Shown in pieces: positions 11,751 to 23,930 of a stretch of DNA of 64,000 bases. Origin of the DNA: Iphione sp. A-MEVVRFRX5. Taxonomy: Eukaryota. The position numbers and the translations under genes were made by a program. The notes beneath the pieces are model-generated. The model did no database searches. It was not told where the DNA came from and saw only the letters and a program-made list of their open reading frames with translations. The stretch covers positions 18,228,001 to 18,292,000 of the forward strand of contig OZ320319.1 in NCBI GenBank assembly GCA_976226885.1. The letters are read 5' to 3'. Within the stretch, counting starts at the first letter, position 1. Each line of letters starts with the position of its first letter.

Positions 11751-12432
11751 TAGTAATGTTGATACCAAGAGTTGACTATCTCCCCCGTAACTCAGCACAG
11801 CCAAATTTGAAGACCTTGGCTTCTACCTGTCCCCACTTGATGCACAACAATGCCCCTGTCTCTCATCTGTCAGCCCACCTGTTTACCGCATTCACAGATT
11901 GGTAAATGACACAATGACCGCCACGTGCGTGTACATCTGCACGTATCTAAAGCGGAGCGTCATGGCTTTTAACACCACCCCCACCCTTTGGGTCTGTCAT
12001 AATTGACCTTGCCAAATCAAACTATTGCTCTCTGTTTTTTCCTTGTGCCTACCTCTGTCTGTCTCTGTTTTTCTGTGTATGCATATATGTGTGTGTGATG
12101 TCTGTATGCCCCCCTACTTCCATCCTCTCCCCTCTCTCTGTCTCTGTGTCTCTCTCGTTATGTATATCTCCTTGTCACACACACCTATAGCCGCCTTATC
12201 ATATCTGTATTATTCCATATTTTTTAGTCGGCTATTAGTCTGTATTTGACATACTAGTATGCTCGTTATCACAAATGAAGAATGATACTACGTGCATTCC
12301 CACCCAGCACATCTCGCAGGTCATCATGGACATGCTGTCTGCTCAGCCTTGTTTCATATTGGAAAAAAGAGACAACAACAGACACGGTTGCACCGACGAC
12401 GTATACGTTTGCCACGTCTAAGCTGAAAAAAG

Positions 12433-12575
12433 NNNNNNNNNNNNNNNNNNNNNNNNNNNNNNNNNNNNNNNNNNNNNNNNNNNNNNNNNNNNNNNNNNNN
12501 NNNNNNNNNNNNNNNNNNNNNNNNNNNNNNNNNNNNNNNNNNNNNNNNNNNNNNNNNNNNNNNNNNNNNNNNNNN
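12433..12575. other. Assembly gap (N run)
   Basis: 143 N. Confidence 1.
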
Positions 12576-14190
12576 ATACAACTCAGTCTGTCTCTCTTTT
12601 TATCATTCGCATAATGCTCAGGTATAAGCAGATGCCTTCGTGCAACTACATTGTGTCCGTACAATTTTCTGTAACATATCTACATAATATAAACATATCT
12701 TATTCTTAACGCTCCAGTCGCCCTCTCCACTTAAGGCGCACCTTCTGATGCCGTTTATTTCTTATTTTTCTGACCTCCCGTTTCCCCATCTGCCGCAGAT
12801 CTCCTCTAAGTTCTATTAATATATGTCTTCTCCGCGATGATGAGCCATTCTATCCACAGATGATGACCCTTTCTACCGACATGCTGCTCATGTTACACAC
12901 GGGCCATCTGTCCCTGTGCACCTGTTCTTCCCAAGGTGCCCTCTACATTGACTTGCTTCACATTGTTCGTGTTCAGGGTTTGAAATCGATACTATAACCC
13001 ACTGACCAATCGCTCAACGTTTCTTTATGCTTTCTGGTCAATAAAAATGGTCTGAATGATTGTAAGAAGTTGCCACAGATGGTCAATATGCCAAAAAAAT
13101 AAACTGTTATCCTTGTTAAAGCTATACACCAGATCATGTTTGCTTATGCATAGGCTTTCAGCGACCTATCTTATTTCACCCTAATTTTACCCATGTTCTA
13201 TGCTGACTATATCTGTCCCTATACTGAAGTTCTCTCTTGCATGTCCGATACCATGACGCCATTTATGCTTACCCCTGCCCCGCTTTCACAAGCCTCCGTC
13301 ACGTACTTGCCCAATACATGTACATACTTTGCACCACAGTGTTGTGCTTCTTAACACCCCTCCCCCCAAAAACATGTCATTTTAATGAGGATGTGAACAA
13401 GGTCAGGCTTAATTTTCATTGCCCTAGGTAACACAGCCCCATTGCTACCGTTGTCTTGATCTGTGCGTTTTTCCTCTCTTGCTGTGAGAACTGTGTGCTT
13501 ATAGAAACACGATGAAAATGTCTTTATTTCAACATGTATTGCGCTATTCCAGTATACCTCACTATTCCAAGCAAATTTACCTTGCACAGAATGATGCAAT
13601 TTAATGCAAGAGACCCTCCCTGTTTACCATCGGATTTGCAAAACTACTCATTTGGTACCAAGCAGTGTTGCAATAGCGAAGTTTTACTATATGTACTGTG
13701 TGGATATGTACTCAGAAACGTAGCATTCATTACTGTCTTCGCTTTCTTTATTAAACTATTCCGTCCGTTTCCATCTTTCTTTTATTCATTCATCTACATT
13801 CTGCTCGTTATCATATGTTCCATTTCCTTTGCCGAGTCTTCCTTGTCCCCTCTGTTCTTCTCCATTTTCGATGTATAAGAGCGCTATATATGTGACACCC
13901 TTGCTTCCAGATCATACCATGTGTTCCCTCTCTCTCCATACCTTGTCGCAAAGTCTTTTTCTCCTTCGTCTCCACCTGTCCTGCTCAGACTTCCTTGGCC
14001 AAGGTTGAAAATAAGTAGCAATTTGCAATACAAAATCAACCATTGCGATACCCAAAAAGACCTCTTCCGTGTAAATGTTAATGCCGTGTATGGCAATTTT
14101 AAGTTTTTTCTAATGCAAAAAATGGATCTTATTTCAACTCTTGCCACCGGCGCCGCTTTTTTGTCATTTGTCTGTAATAGGAAAAATAGG

Positions 14191-14201
14191 GAGGAGGGGG
14201 A

Positions 14202-14281
<80 letters not shown>
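14191..14281. repeat. Compound microsatellite (GA)n(GACA)n(GATA)n
   Basis: Direct reading. Confidence 0.95.
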
Positions 14282-14639
14282 AGAGAAGGATAGACTGACA
14301 GACACACAGACTAACAGGGAGTAGGGACATAGGGAAGAGAGAGACGAATTGTTTGAAACGGACGGACAAAGATGGCAAACAGCTGGGCAACACAAAGGCA
14401 CAAACAGACAGACAAACACATGAACAGACTATGAACTACATAAGAACCAGGGGCACATAGTTTTTTTTTTCTGTAAGTTGTATCCTCTCGTTCCTACCTG
14501 GGTCTTTCCTTCTCCTGTTTGTCCTTACCTTCTGTTTGACCCTTGAACAAGCTTTCCTTCTGTTCATATTTATGCTTTATCATTACTATATTCCAAAGCG
14601 ATGTCGACTCATCTCCTCGTCTGTCCCATGTGGAACAGA

Positions 14640-15350
14640 AAGGAGAAAGGTTACACGGTGCCTGCATGTCACACACTGTCCTACCAGTCTCATCCTTATC
14701 CTACTGGTCTTGTCGTTGTCATTGTAGTCAGTGTCATTACCAGTCTCCCCTGTTTCCTGGCCACGCTACCAGTCGACTAGTAATACATGTATACATTTCG
14801 CTCAGTTTTCCTGCATTTACACGCGATCTTCCTATCTGTTCATCTGTACTTGTGTTACCAGTCCACTCGCTGACCTTACACCTGTCTATCACGTGCCCTT
14901 CCTGTTGTCTACTTGTTCCTCAGGTTCATTCCTGTCTCCTAAGTTCTTGTGTTTACCGGTGATCCACATGTCCTTCTAGTCTCCAACCTGTCCTTGTGTT
15001 TGTTGACTTCTCAGGCCCTTCTAGTGCATCCTACTAATTCCCTGTCCTCCTAGTATCTTATAAATGTCCTCCTTATCTCCTAATTGTCCTCTCAGTCCCA
15101 TACTTTCAAGATATCCTCCTGTCTCACGTTTCCTACATGCCCTCCTGGTTCAACTCTTCCCCTCCTCCTCTCAGTCTCCTACCTGTGCTCACAGTACCTT
15201 ATATTGCCTCTCAAGTCTCCTTTCTGCCCTCTCTCTAACATGTTCTCACAGTCTTCTACCTAGTCCCTCTAAACTATAGCTGTCTTCCTCACCGTGTCTT
15301 TATCCTACACACTTGATTCTGTTCTCATCCTCTGTCCCTGCCCCGCGAAC
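14640..15350. repeat. Pyrimidine-rich cryptic low-complexity tract (CTGTCCT / TCTCCT motifs)
   Basis: Recurring short motifs over ~700 bp, G-poor plus strand. Confidence 0.55.
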
Positions 15351-15399
15351 CAGACCACCTGCCTCAAGTCTCACATAGGTATATAGTATACCTGCTCCC

Positions 15400-15800
15400 C
15401 CCCCCCCCATATACATGTACTCTCCGCGTCGCCCGGGCCTGGCGGCCCTGCCCGCCCTGCCCGCGGCGTCGGCGCCGGTGGCGCCGGTGGCGGCGGTGAC
15501 GGCGGCACCTCCCGGTCCGCCCCGGCCCGCCCTGACTTCTCCCGGCGCCGGGCAAAACCCCAGTGTTTACCTAAGCCTCGCTCGGCTGGTTTCTTCACTT
15601 GTCACTCGGGGACCTCGCCACTCGGGGTCGGCCTCTCTGTGTTTGCACGCCGGAATTGGATACATTTATCTCCGCAGGTGCAAGAAGGAAAGGGAACTCG
15701 CGAATAAAAGACACGGCAGAGGTGGTGCAGCGCACATATGGGCTCGGAAGGGGGAAAGAGTAATTGGATTTTTTTGGGAGATGGGGGTGGGGGGGGACTG
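15400..15800. promoter_or_regulatory. CpG island with GC boxes; possible minus-strand exon ending at TAG|GTAAAC (~15570)
   Basis: Very high GC/CpG with CCGCCC motifs; minus frame MYPIPACKHREADPEWRGPRVTSEETSRARL is open to the donor-like site. Confidence 0.45.
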
Positions 15801-16293
15801 CCACTAAAGGTGTTGCAAGCCTGGTTTGGATTAGGCATTAAGGCTCGAGTCAGGGATCGGTAGCTACTGAGATCTGTATCAAGAATGGCTTTGTTAACTA
15901 CAAACGATGAGCCACAACTGATCGTCTCTCTCTCTCTGTGGTAAAAGTACACATATATTGTATAATCTTACTTTTCTCGTGCGTCTATATACACACGGTA
16001 TATATATGCATGTATATATATTGAAAATATGATATGTGTGCATTTATATGTAATTGGCTTAATGTGCAGCTACCTACTAACTATGCTTGTTGCATTTGAT
16101 AGGAGATGGTAGACTTTTGACCAATTTCAATGGCCTGCGATTGACGGTATGGAAGCCACTTTTGCGTAACAGGGAAGCCAGCTCTAAACTTAACCTCGAG
16201 TGCCTAGGCAAGACATGTTTTTGAATACTATACATTCCACATTAAACATTTATTGTACTACAATACAACATTCTAAGGTTCATTAACACTCAC

Positions 16294-16860
16294 CTGATTA
16301 CACCTGGCCTTTAAATATGTAATGGCAGCACCTAAGAATGAAGTAACTCGTGAAGCCACTGTTTGTGGGATGGAAACGAATGCCTTAACAAAAACTGGGA
16401 AACATTTTAAATTGGCATTATTTCTAGGAGCATAACGTCGAGAGGTTTTTTTTCTTCCAAACTATAGCGGAGTTGCACGGTGTATTTTAGGATGGGTGAG
16501 GTATACTTGGAAGTAGCAGGCAGTTCCAGGAGCAGCAGGTATTCGAGATGGTGCTTGCATGGTATAGGTGGGTCGGTCGGGCGACCGTTCCTTCAGCACC
16601 GGCGGCGGCGGCGGCCGCTCGCTCGCTCGCCTCCGCGGCTGCTGCTGCTGGGGCTGGGGCTGGGGCTTTGGTTGCTGCTGCTGCTGCTGCTGACAGCATG
16701 TATACAAAACGAGAGGATCCTTATCATCAGATAACGTAAAACATACATCTCGAGAGGCCTCGGCGGACCGGCTCTGATCGATAAGTCACCCAGTGATTCG
16801 ACTGGTGGCGGGCCTCTCGCTCCTCGCTCCTCGCTCTCTAGATGTAGAGCCTTATATATA
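16294..16860 (-). promoter_or_regulatory. TATA promoter plus candidate non-coding first exon with GC-rich CAG/CCG triplet runs
   Basis: TATATATAA at 16860-16852 on minus; GC-rich leader; consensus donor CAG|GTGAGT at 16294/16293; no ORF reaches the donor from an ATG. Confidence 0.5.
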
Positions 16861-17775
16861 CCGGCCACAGGCTCATCAAGTAAATAATCCCGTAACCAAG
16901 CATAGCAAACTCGTATAGGAATTATGGACTTCATTTCCTACTTCTTTTTATCATGACAAGCTGTTATGTATAGCTTATTTACATCCGCAGTATCCGTGAA
17001 GGATTTCAATACGAAACTATACATCAGAAAACCCCTCGAGAGAAAGTGGAGCTTGGAGATTTTGTCTCGTTCACAAGTAATAGCACCTCCCACGCACTTG
17101 CATACATATAGAAAATAGATTTTTAAATAAGTTTTTGGCTACTTTAGCTATGATATGAAGGGTACGTAAGGATACTTTTTGTAAGGTTGATTAATTCTTC
17201 CTGCCGTGTGTCCTTTGATATGTACAAGAAACTCAACGTTTTTTAGGTATGTATCTGAAAGGTCCCGCACACACAAAGATGAGCCTAGAACTGTGGCCAG
17301 GTATTCGCACAGGTCACCGGTAAGGTCATAAAGTTCGCCGTGCACTATACTGAAGATCATCTCTGAAGATCTGGAAGAGAATGTGAGACCAGAGAGGCTG
17401 TTTCTACATCTCCAAAAGAAGGTCTTTCCATATCGTAGCTACTCCATCGGAGATGGCGCCAAGATTATGGGACAGTGTCTAATGTGTAAACGCATGAGTT
17501 CATCCCTAATATGTTTGAACCCCAAGGCCTGGCCTTGTTTATAAGGAGACGCCAGATTTAGACCGACAACCGTGTTGACGGTCCTGGCATTGATGCATTC
17601 TTTGTCAAAGTGCACTAAATGTCGCTGCCCCTTTGTGATAAAACCTCAGGTATGCTCAAAGTAGTTTGACTGGTGAATTAAATATGAAATAGAGTAGATA
17701 GGATCAGATGGATCCCTCAGAGGAAGAGAGAGACAGACATACAGACAGACAGAGACCACGAGGGAAAAGTAATTC

Positions 17776-17939
17776 NNNNNNNNNNNNNNNNNNNNNNNNN
17801 NNNNNNNNNNNNNNNNNNNNNNNNNNNNNNNNNNNNNNNNNNNNNNNNNNNNNNNNNNNNNNNNNNNNNNNNNNNNNNNNNNNNNNNNNNNNNNNNNNNN
17901 NNNNNNNNNNNNNNNNNNNNNNNNNNNNNNNNNNNNNNN
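17776..17939. other. Assembly gap (N run)
   Basis: 164 N. Confidence 1.
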
Positions 17940-18023
17940 AAAAGAAGTACAAAGAACAGTATTGTTAGGTATATGGAGAAAAAGAAAGAGGGAGCAGGGG
18001 AGAAAGGGAATGAGGGAAGGAGG

Positions 18024-18026
<3 letters not shown>

Positions 18027-18086
<60 letters not shown>
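18027..18086. repeat. (GA)n microsatellite
   Basis: Direct reading. Confidence 0.98.
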
Positions 18087-18091
<5 letters not shown>

Positions 18092-18284
18092 AAGAGAGGG
18101 ACAGCAAGAGAGGGTCATCAAGAGGCAAAGGGAAACAGAGAAGGGTTGGGGGAAGAAAGAGAGACGGAAATAGAAAGAGTGCGAAGAGTGGCCAAGAGTG
18201 TGCAAGTTTCAGGCATGCATTCCCAGAAAGCTTCCCAGGGACGGGACGCACCAAGCACCACAACCTACTATATCAAAGTTGTGC

Positions 18285-18417
18285 TGCTACAGATGTAGGG
18301 ACAGCCGGGGACAGGACCAAGGTATGCCAAGGGGCAGAACAACCAGGCTCAGGTTCAGCTAGATCCAGGGGCTGCTGCCTTCAATGGTGCTTGAAGCTAC
18401 CATGGAGATCAAGGAGC
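18285..18417 (+). pseudogene. Frameshifted relic of two CCHC zinc knuckles (Gag / LINE ORF1-like)
   Basis: 18285-18327 reconstructs to CYRCGQPGHRTKVC (CX2CX4HX4C) with one 2-nt insertion and one 1-nt deletion; a more decayed C-F-N-x-x-x-x-x-H spacing follows at ~18372-18417. Confidence 0.4.
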
Positions 18418-19314
18418 ACCACGTCTAGTGAGGAGCACTAAAGTAGAGATGGTGATGAGGGGGACGACCGTCTCAACCTGAGGGCGGTTTGCCGCAGCTC
18501 GACGGTATACAGGGATCCCGTGTTTGTACGAACTGCGCTGTTACTGCGAATGTTTTTGTTTGGACAGTGAGGTACATGTGTGTGTATCAGGAAAAGTATT
18601 TGTATAATACCTGATAATGAGATTTTTTTAACATCATCGGACTGATGCATGTGCATTATTGGGGATTTCAAGCAAGCGGGATCGATTGTGTATGCATCAT
18701 AATTTAAGTACGAATTTTCAGACGTTTTCGTTCGTGTTTTGAAATTAGTTCGAAAGTAGAATCTATAGGCTGACGTAGATATTGATGTAAAATTTACATT
18801 ATGCTCCATTTCATAAAGCACAACTTTACACATTTACAAGGGACGTTGAAGCCCAGTGGCATATAGGGTATAGATAGGTGGGATCACAACTAACATAGAA
18901 GGGATTGATTTTTAACAAAAGAGAACATTTCCAAACATTATTTCCGCCGTTATTACCCTCAGTCTCAGCTCTGTCCCACGATACTGCTTTAAGGAAGAAA
19001 GTATCAGTGCATAGTTTGAGAAAAAAAAGTAATATCATCCTGATAGGCTCCAATCATGAAACCAATCTCCTACTATTTTACCCTCAAGGAGGGAGAAGTT
19101 GGGTGGAGATGATATTGATCAATTCATTAGATTTTTTGCCCCGGGTAGCTGGGCCTCTAGTACCGGCCTCTGCCGGTAGGGGGCGAGCCGCGGGCAGCGA
19201 GCGGTGGTAGGGTGGGATGATGTAGGATGGTTGTTCAAGGGGAGGAAGCCCAAGGAACCTACCAGCTAATTATATGGCTGTCTGTTCTTACAATGCACAG
19301 ATATTACCACCTAA

Positions 19315-19346
<32 letters not shown>

Positions 19347-20813
19347 CTCTATTATACCCACATGGCTAGTTGACTGAAGTTTACCATCAATTCTACGCGC
19401 TCCTAGTTCCCAAGTTATTCTACTTCAGTAAGAGACTGATAAGGTGCCTACTTCAGGTTCTACCTAGAAGGGTCTTCATAGTCAATACATTTTCACATAT
19501 ACATGTACTTCATTGAGTTGCTCTTCTCCTGAAGTCGGGACACAAATAGAAGTTGAAAACGTGCTTCTACAGCGATGTGCTGCTGTTGACTTTAATAAAT
19601 GATCTCGCTTTTTTATATATATCAGCCCAAGCGGCGTTTTCATCCGTAGATGTGTATAATATAAAACATTCAGTGGGTATAGTTTTATTTTCACAGAAAA
19701 TCTCACAAATCTATTTGCATGGCCTTGTCACAGCTGTAACCGGTAGCCTTTAGGTCGAGAAGGCAGCAAGTATTCTGTCTGTGGGCCAATAGCCTCCCTT
19801 TGAAGTAGATGTACAACATTTCTCAGTCGTGGACGGAGGAGAAATAGAAGGACGTACACATGTATGCAGGCTTGACCTTCGTGGGCTCCAGGACCCCCGA
19901 CCCCAGTGGGCCGCCTTTATTCAGCTTCTCCAGCCTCCTTCAACCCCGATTTCAATGGTTGAAAATGTGCTATTTGTGTTTAATAAACACGACTTTCTGT
20001 TTAGTATATATGATCTCTGGCGGGCCTGAATTCAGATGCTGCCTCCCCCCCCCTCCGCCCGCCCCTCGCTTTACCTCCACCGTCTGTGGTTGCTGTTTGT
20101 TCGGGCGTATACCTTTACCTGTTTAGTATTTGGATCTCTCGGACATCATGTCAACAAGGCCTATACATGCTAGCCTCATGGACGTAACCTTTCCCACCAA
20201 AGTCAACAGGCGAGGACGATTTCGAATTTCCCAAATGTCTCATTTTATATTGTATACAGTGAATGTATACCCCGTGAGCCGTCGGATGTGACCGGCATCG
20301 CTAAAACCAGCCCGAGGGCCATTTATGTTCTCTTCAACAAAGACTCCTGTTTGCCAAGTGTTTTCATTGTGAGACAAATATTTCAGCAAACTGGTCAGCG
20401 TCTGCAGTATTTTTTCTTTTATGCAACGTCTCATGCGCTACCTCAGACTGTCTCTTCAAGTTAAAAAAAAAGTCAATATTCTTTCATATACGGCCTCCCT
20501 GAAGATTTTCGGTTTTTTAATGTCTGGGTGTACTTAGATATGATTAGGAGGATCTTATGGAGGTTTTGCTATTCAATGATTCCTTGGTTGTTCAGCCGAG
20601 AGGTACTCTGTCTGCGTGACGGCTTCCAGTTGAATTTGAAATAGAAATGATTAGAGGACGGAGTTAAATGATATACGTGGTGGCGGGTAACCCAAACCGT
20701 CGTGATACTAACTTCAGTATAGATGTCAAGGTACTTTTTTCACACACACACCCTCCAACTACCAAGTGGTGCATGTGGAGGAGGCAGGCTCGGGAGGATG
20801 AGCCCCCTGTCTA

Positions 20814-20915
20814 CATGTGGGTGCCATTCCCGGTGGCGGAGTCACCTCTCCCCCACCTTCAGTCACCCATGTGGCTGCCATTCCCTTTGGCGGGGTCACC
20901 CCCCGTCAGTCACCC
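20814..20915. repeat. ~54-bp tandem duplication (CATGTGG.TGCCATTCCC..TGGCGG.GTCACC)
   Basis: Two aligned copies. Confidence 0.8.
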
Positions 20916-20992
20916 GTAGAACGCCGCCAAATTATGGAGCAAAACACGCGGCCTGAGCTGCTCCTCACGCAGTTCCACGAGTTGCTCAGGAG

Positions 20993-21295
20993 CCTCTGAG
21001 CCAGACGCACATAGAACATGTGTGAAACTGGGCTTACCTGAACTCAAGTGGGTGGAGCCTCTGAGCCAGACGCACATAGAACATGTGTGAAACTGGGCAG
21101 ACCTGAACTCAAGTGGGTGGAGCCTCTGAGCCAGATGCACATAGAACATGTGTGAAACTGGGCTTACCTGAACTCAGCTGGATGCAAGCCATCCTCACTT
21201 GGGACTTTGTATGAGTTGCTCAAGAATCTCTGAGCCATATTACAGGTGGAACATAATGTGAAACTGGGCTTACCTGAACTCAAGTGGATGCAAGC
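20993..21295. repeat. 65-bp minisatellite, 3 near-identical units plus one diverged unit
   Basis: Units start at 20993, 21058 and 21123 (period exactly 65); a fourth partial copy lies at ~21228-21295. Confidence 0.95.
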
Positions 21296-23031
21296 ACGTT
21301 ATGTTCACCGACCTGAGAGAGTTTCCTTCAACACACTGAGGCATACTTATGCATCTAATTGCACTTTAAACTGCTTCATGAATTGTTCAACATCTCTGTG
21401 AAACTACACATGGAACAAGTCTCAGTAAAGGAGAGTACACAGATACTTAAGCAGAACAGACACTTTAGTAGAGCAGAACCAGAAGTAATTCTAATAGTTG
21501 TCGGGGAATCTCTAAGCCAGTTGCACACATATGTAAATCAATGTTAGTGTAATGCTGAGTTGTGGAGTATCAGAGGAAGTTGAGTAGATCAGTATTGATA
21601 TACATGTACATACATGTAATGCTAAGTTTAAAACTGTTGGAAGTGCAAAGATAGAACACACTAAATATAGGGTTCAAGCGAACCCAGTCCTAAAATGAAT
21701 TAAATTTGGTACGGATTATGATGACATGACCCTGGATAGATCTCATAAGACACGAGTAGTTGTCAGGAGGGCGTACACAAAGATCTGAGCAGATGTAGAG
21801 CAGATGGTACAGATACGTCGGGCTCAAATATAACCAAACAGACTGATACCGTCCAGACCAGCTGTTGTGGCACGGTCACGCATTCCAGTATGATTGTTGA
21901 TTCTTCCTGACACATACCGGTGTAGATATGAGCAAGACCCAACCCCCCCCCCAAAAAAAAAAAAAAAAAACAAAAAACGATGGCAATGCTTATCTCATTC
22001 CCAGAGACATTTTCCCCCTTGAAGAATCCAAACTTTCCGAAGCCCCAGACATCACGTCTTCTTGAACGATGAAAGGAAAAAATAGACCCTGGGTTTCGTC
22101 CCCTGGTGTTATCACACTTGTTGGCAGATTTCAAACGTGTCATTCCAGCCAGGCATAGGCGGAGTTTGAACTGATCAGGAGGCATCTGTCACACGTATGA
22201 ATATAAATAAGCTGTTTGTTGGTTGTTTGGAGTGAGCTAGTGTTGTACTGACCTATGTATCAGTAGAACTCTCTGCAGCTGCAGCTAATGTGCCTGGAAG
22301 CCTCCTGTTATTCTGAAGTGTGGCTGGGTACTTGATCATATTGATTTACATTTAGTAAAATACTTATGGCCACTAGACCTGTCAAAACATACGCTACCCT
22401 GTCTTCTGCCCTGGGTTCTGTCTAGGTAACAATCAGTGTTGCCAGCAAACTGAGTCATTAGTTGAATGATCACATTTTCCAGGTTAAGATTTACTTCTTT
22501 GATTAAAACATCGGAATAAACTGGCATGTGTAAATACTCCAGGGTGATTCATTTAAGATGTCACTGCTGGAATTGTTGAAAGGTTGGGGGGGCGTCACTT
22601 TCGGTACATTTGATTGCTATCAGTTCGATGCTACATGAACAGGTTTGTTACGTGAATAGACATAAGATGAATCATGGATTTTGTGCAAGTTGAGATTTTA
22701 CTTATTGAGGCCAGGAGAAGTTAAGTTGAACGGGATGAAGGACTAAGTTGAGAAGTATCGGTGTAGCCCAGTGACTTGAAATAGTTCCCCTTTTATAACA
22801 CTGTGAGTAACCTTACATGAAAATGAGTCGGGACCTTTAGTTGAGTTGCGATGCCATCGATCAGTGTATGCGGACAGCCCCCATTTTAAAGGATTACCCG
22901 AGTAACTCTTGAGGCGCTCGGCTTGCCCTGTCACTATGGCGCCCACCACCGCCCGAGGCCACAGCCAGGTCAGCTTCCTCCAACCCTTCCTGCTCTCTCT
23001 CACACACAGCCTCCATTTGTCTCCATATATA

Positions 23032-23034
<3 letters not shown>

Positions 23035-23071
<37 letters not shown>
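23035..23071. repeat. (CT)n microsatellite
   Basis: Direct reading. Confidence 0.98.
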
Positions 23072-23074
<3 letters not shown>

Positions 23075-23689
23075 CTATCTAGCTATCTAGCTCTTTTCCT
23101 GCCTTCGTAGGTCCTGTTCTTTTGTTTGGAGAATCGTTATCACTTTTCCTATGTCGTTTCATTCTATACCCTCTACCCTTTTTGTACTACTACTCATTCT
23201 CCCTCTCTCCCTCATTCTCTCACTTCTCTCTCTCCCTCATTCTCTCTTACCTCTCCCTCTCCTCCTCGTTCTCTCCCCCCCCCTCTCTCTCTTTCACACA
23301 CGCACACACACACGTGCGCGAGCTTTTTTCTGGCCATCCTAGCCTACAAAAGAGCATAAATTGGGTGGATAGCTTCCTGGCCCGCGGTATCTAGTGTTAA
23401 GAAATTCCGCAAATGACCTTCAACGTAGAGGCCCATACTACAACATTGACTGCTACTACATAACGAATTCATGTGTGGTTTTTCAAATTTTGAAGAAAAA
23501 AAAATCTGAGAAGTCATTCCCAGCCCGGCTGGAGTTTGGACCTCCAAAATCCCTAACTGTGTTGACACAACTCGCCTCAGAGTGGAGAATCTGTGCGCTT
23601 GTTATGAGGAAAACATCATAAACGTAAGTAGTGTTTTTGGTCGTGAATTTTCCCCATGTGCGCGTGTTGACGTAACCGAAAATACACAG

Positions 23690-23930
23690 GGTCGAGCGGT
23701 GGGCGAGGGCCGCGACCACTCTGACGAAGAGGCGGACCCAGGTGGGGGGAATGGAGGGGGTGGGGGAGAGGGGAGAGGGCCCCTACCCCTCGCACGCCGC
23801 TCATGATACTTGCAGCATGGAGTGAAGAAGTCTCAACAACCGAGAAGGTAATACTGTCCACGACGACGGTACATCCGGCCGCTTCTTACAGAGTGGGGCG
23901 GCGGCGGGGGGGGGGGGCGTAGGGAGCAGT
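23690..23930. promoter_or_regulatory. GC/CpG-rich island with a plus-strand donor-like AAG|GTAATA at ~23848
   Basis: High GC and CpG content; short frame MILAAWSEEVSTTEK ends at the donor-like site. Confidence 0.3.
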
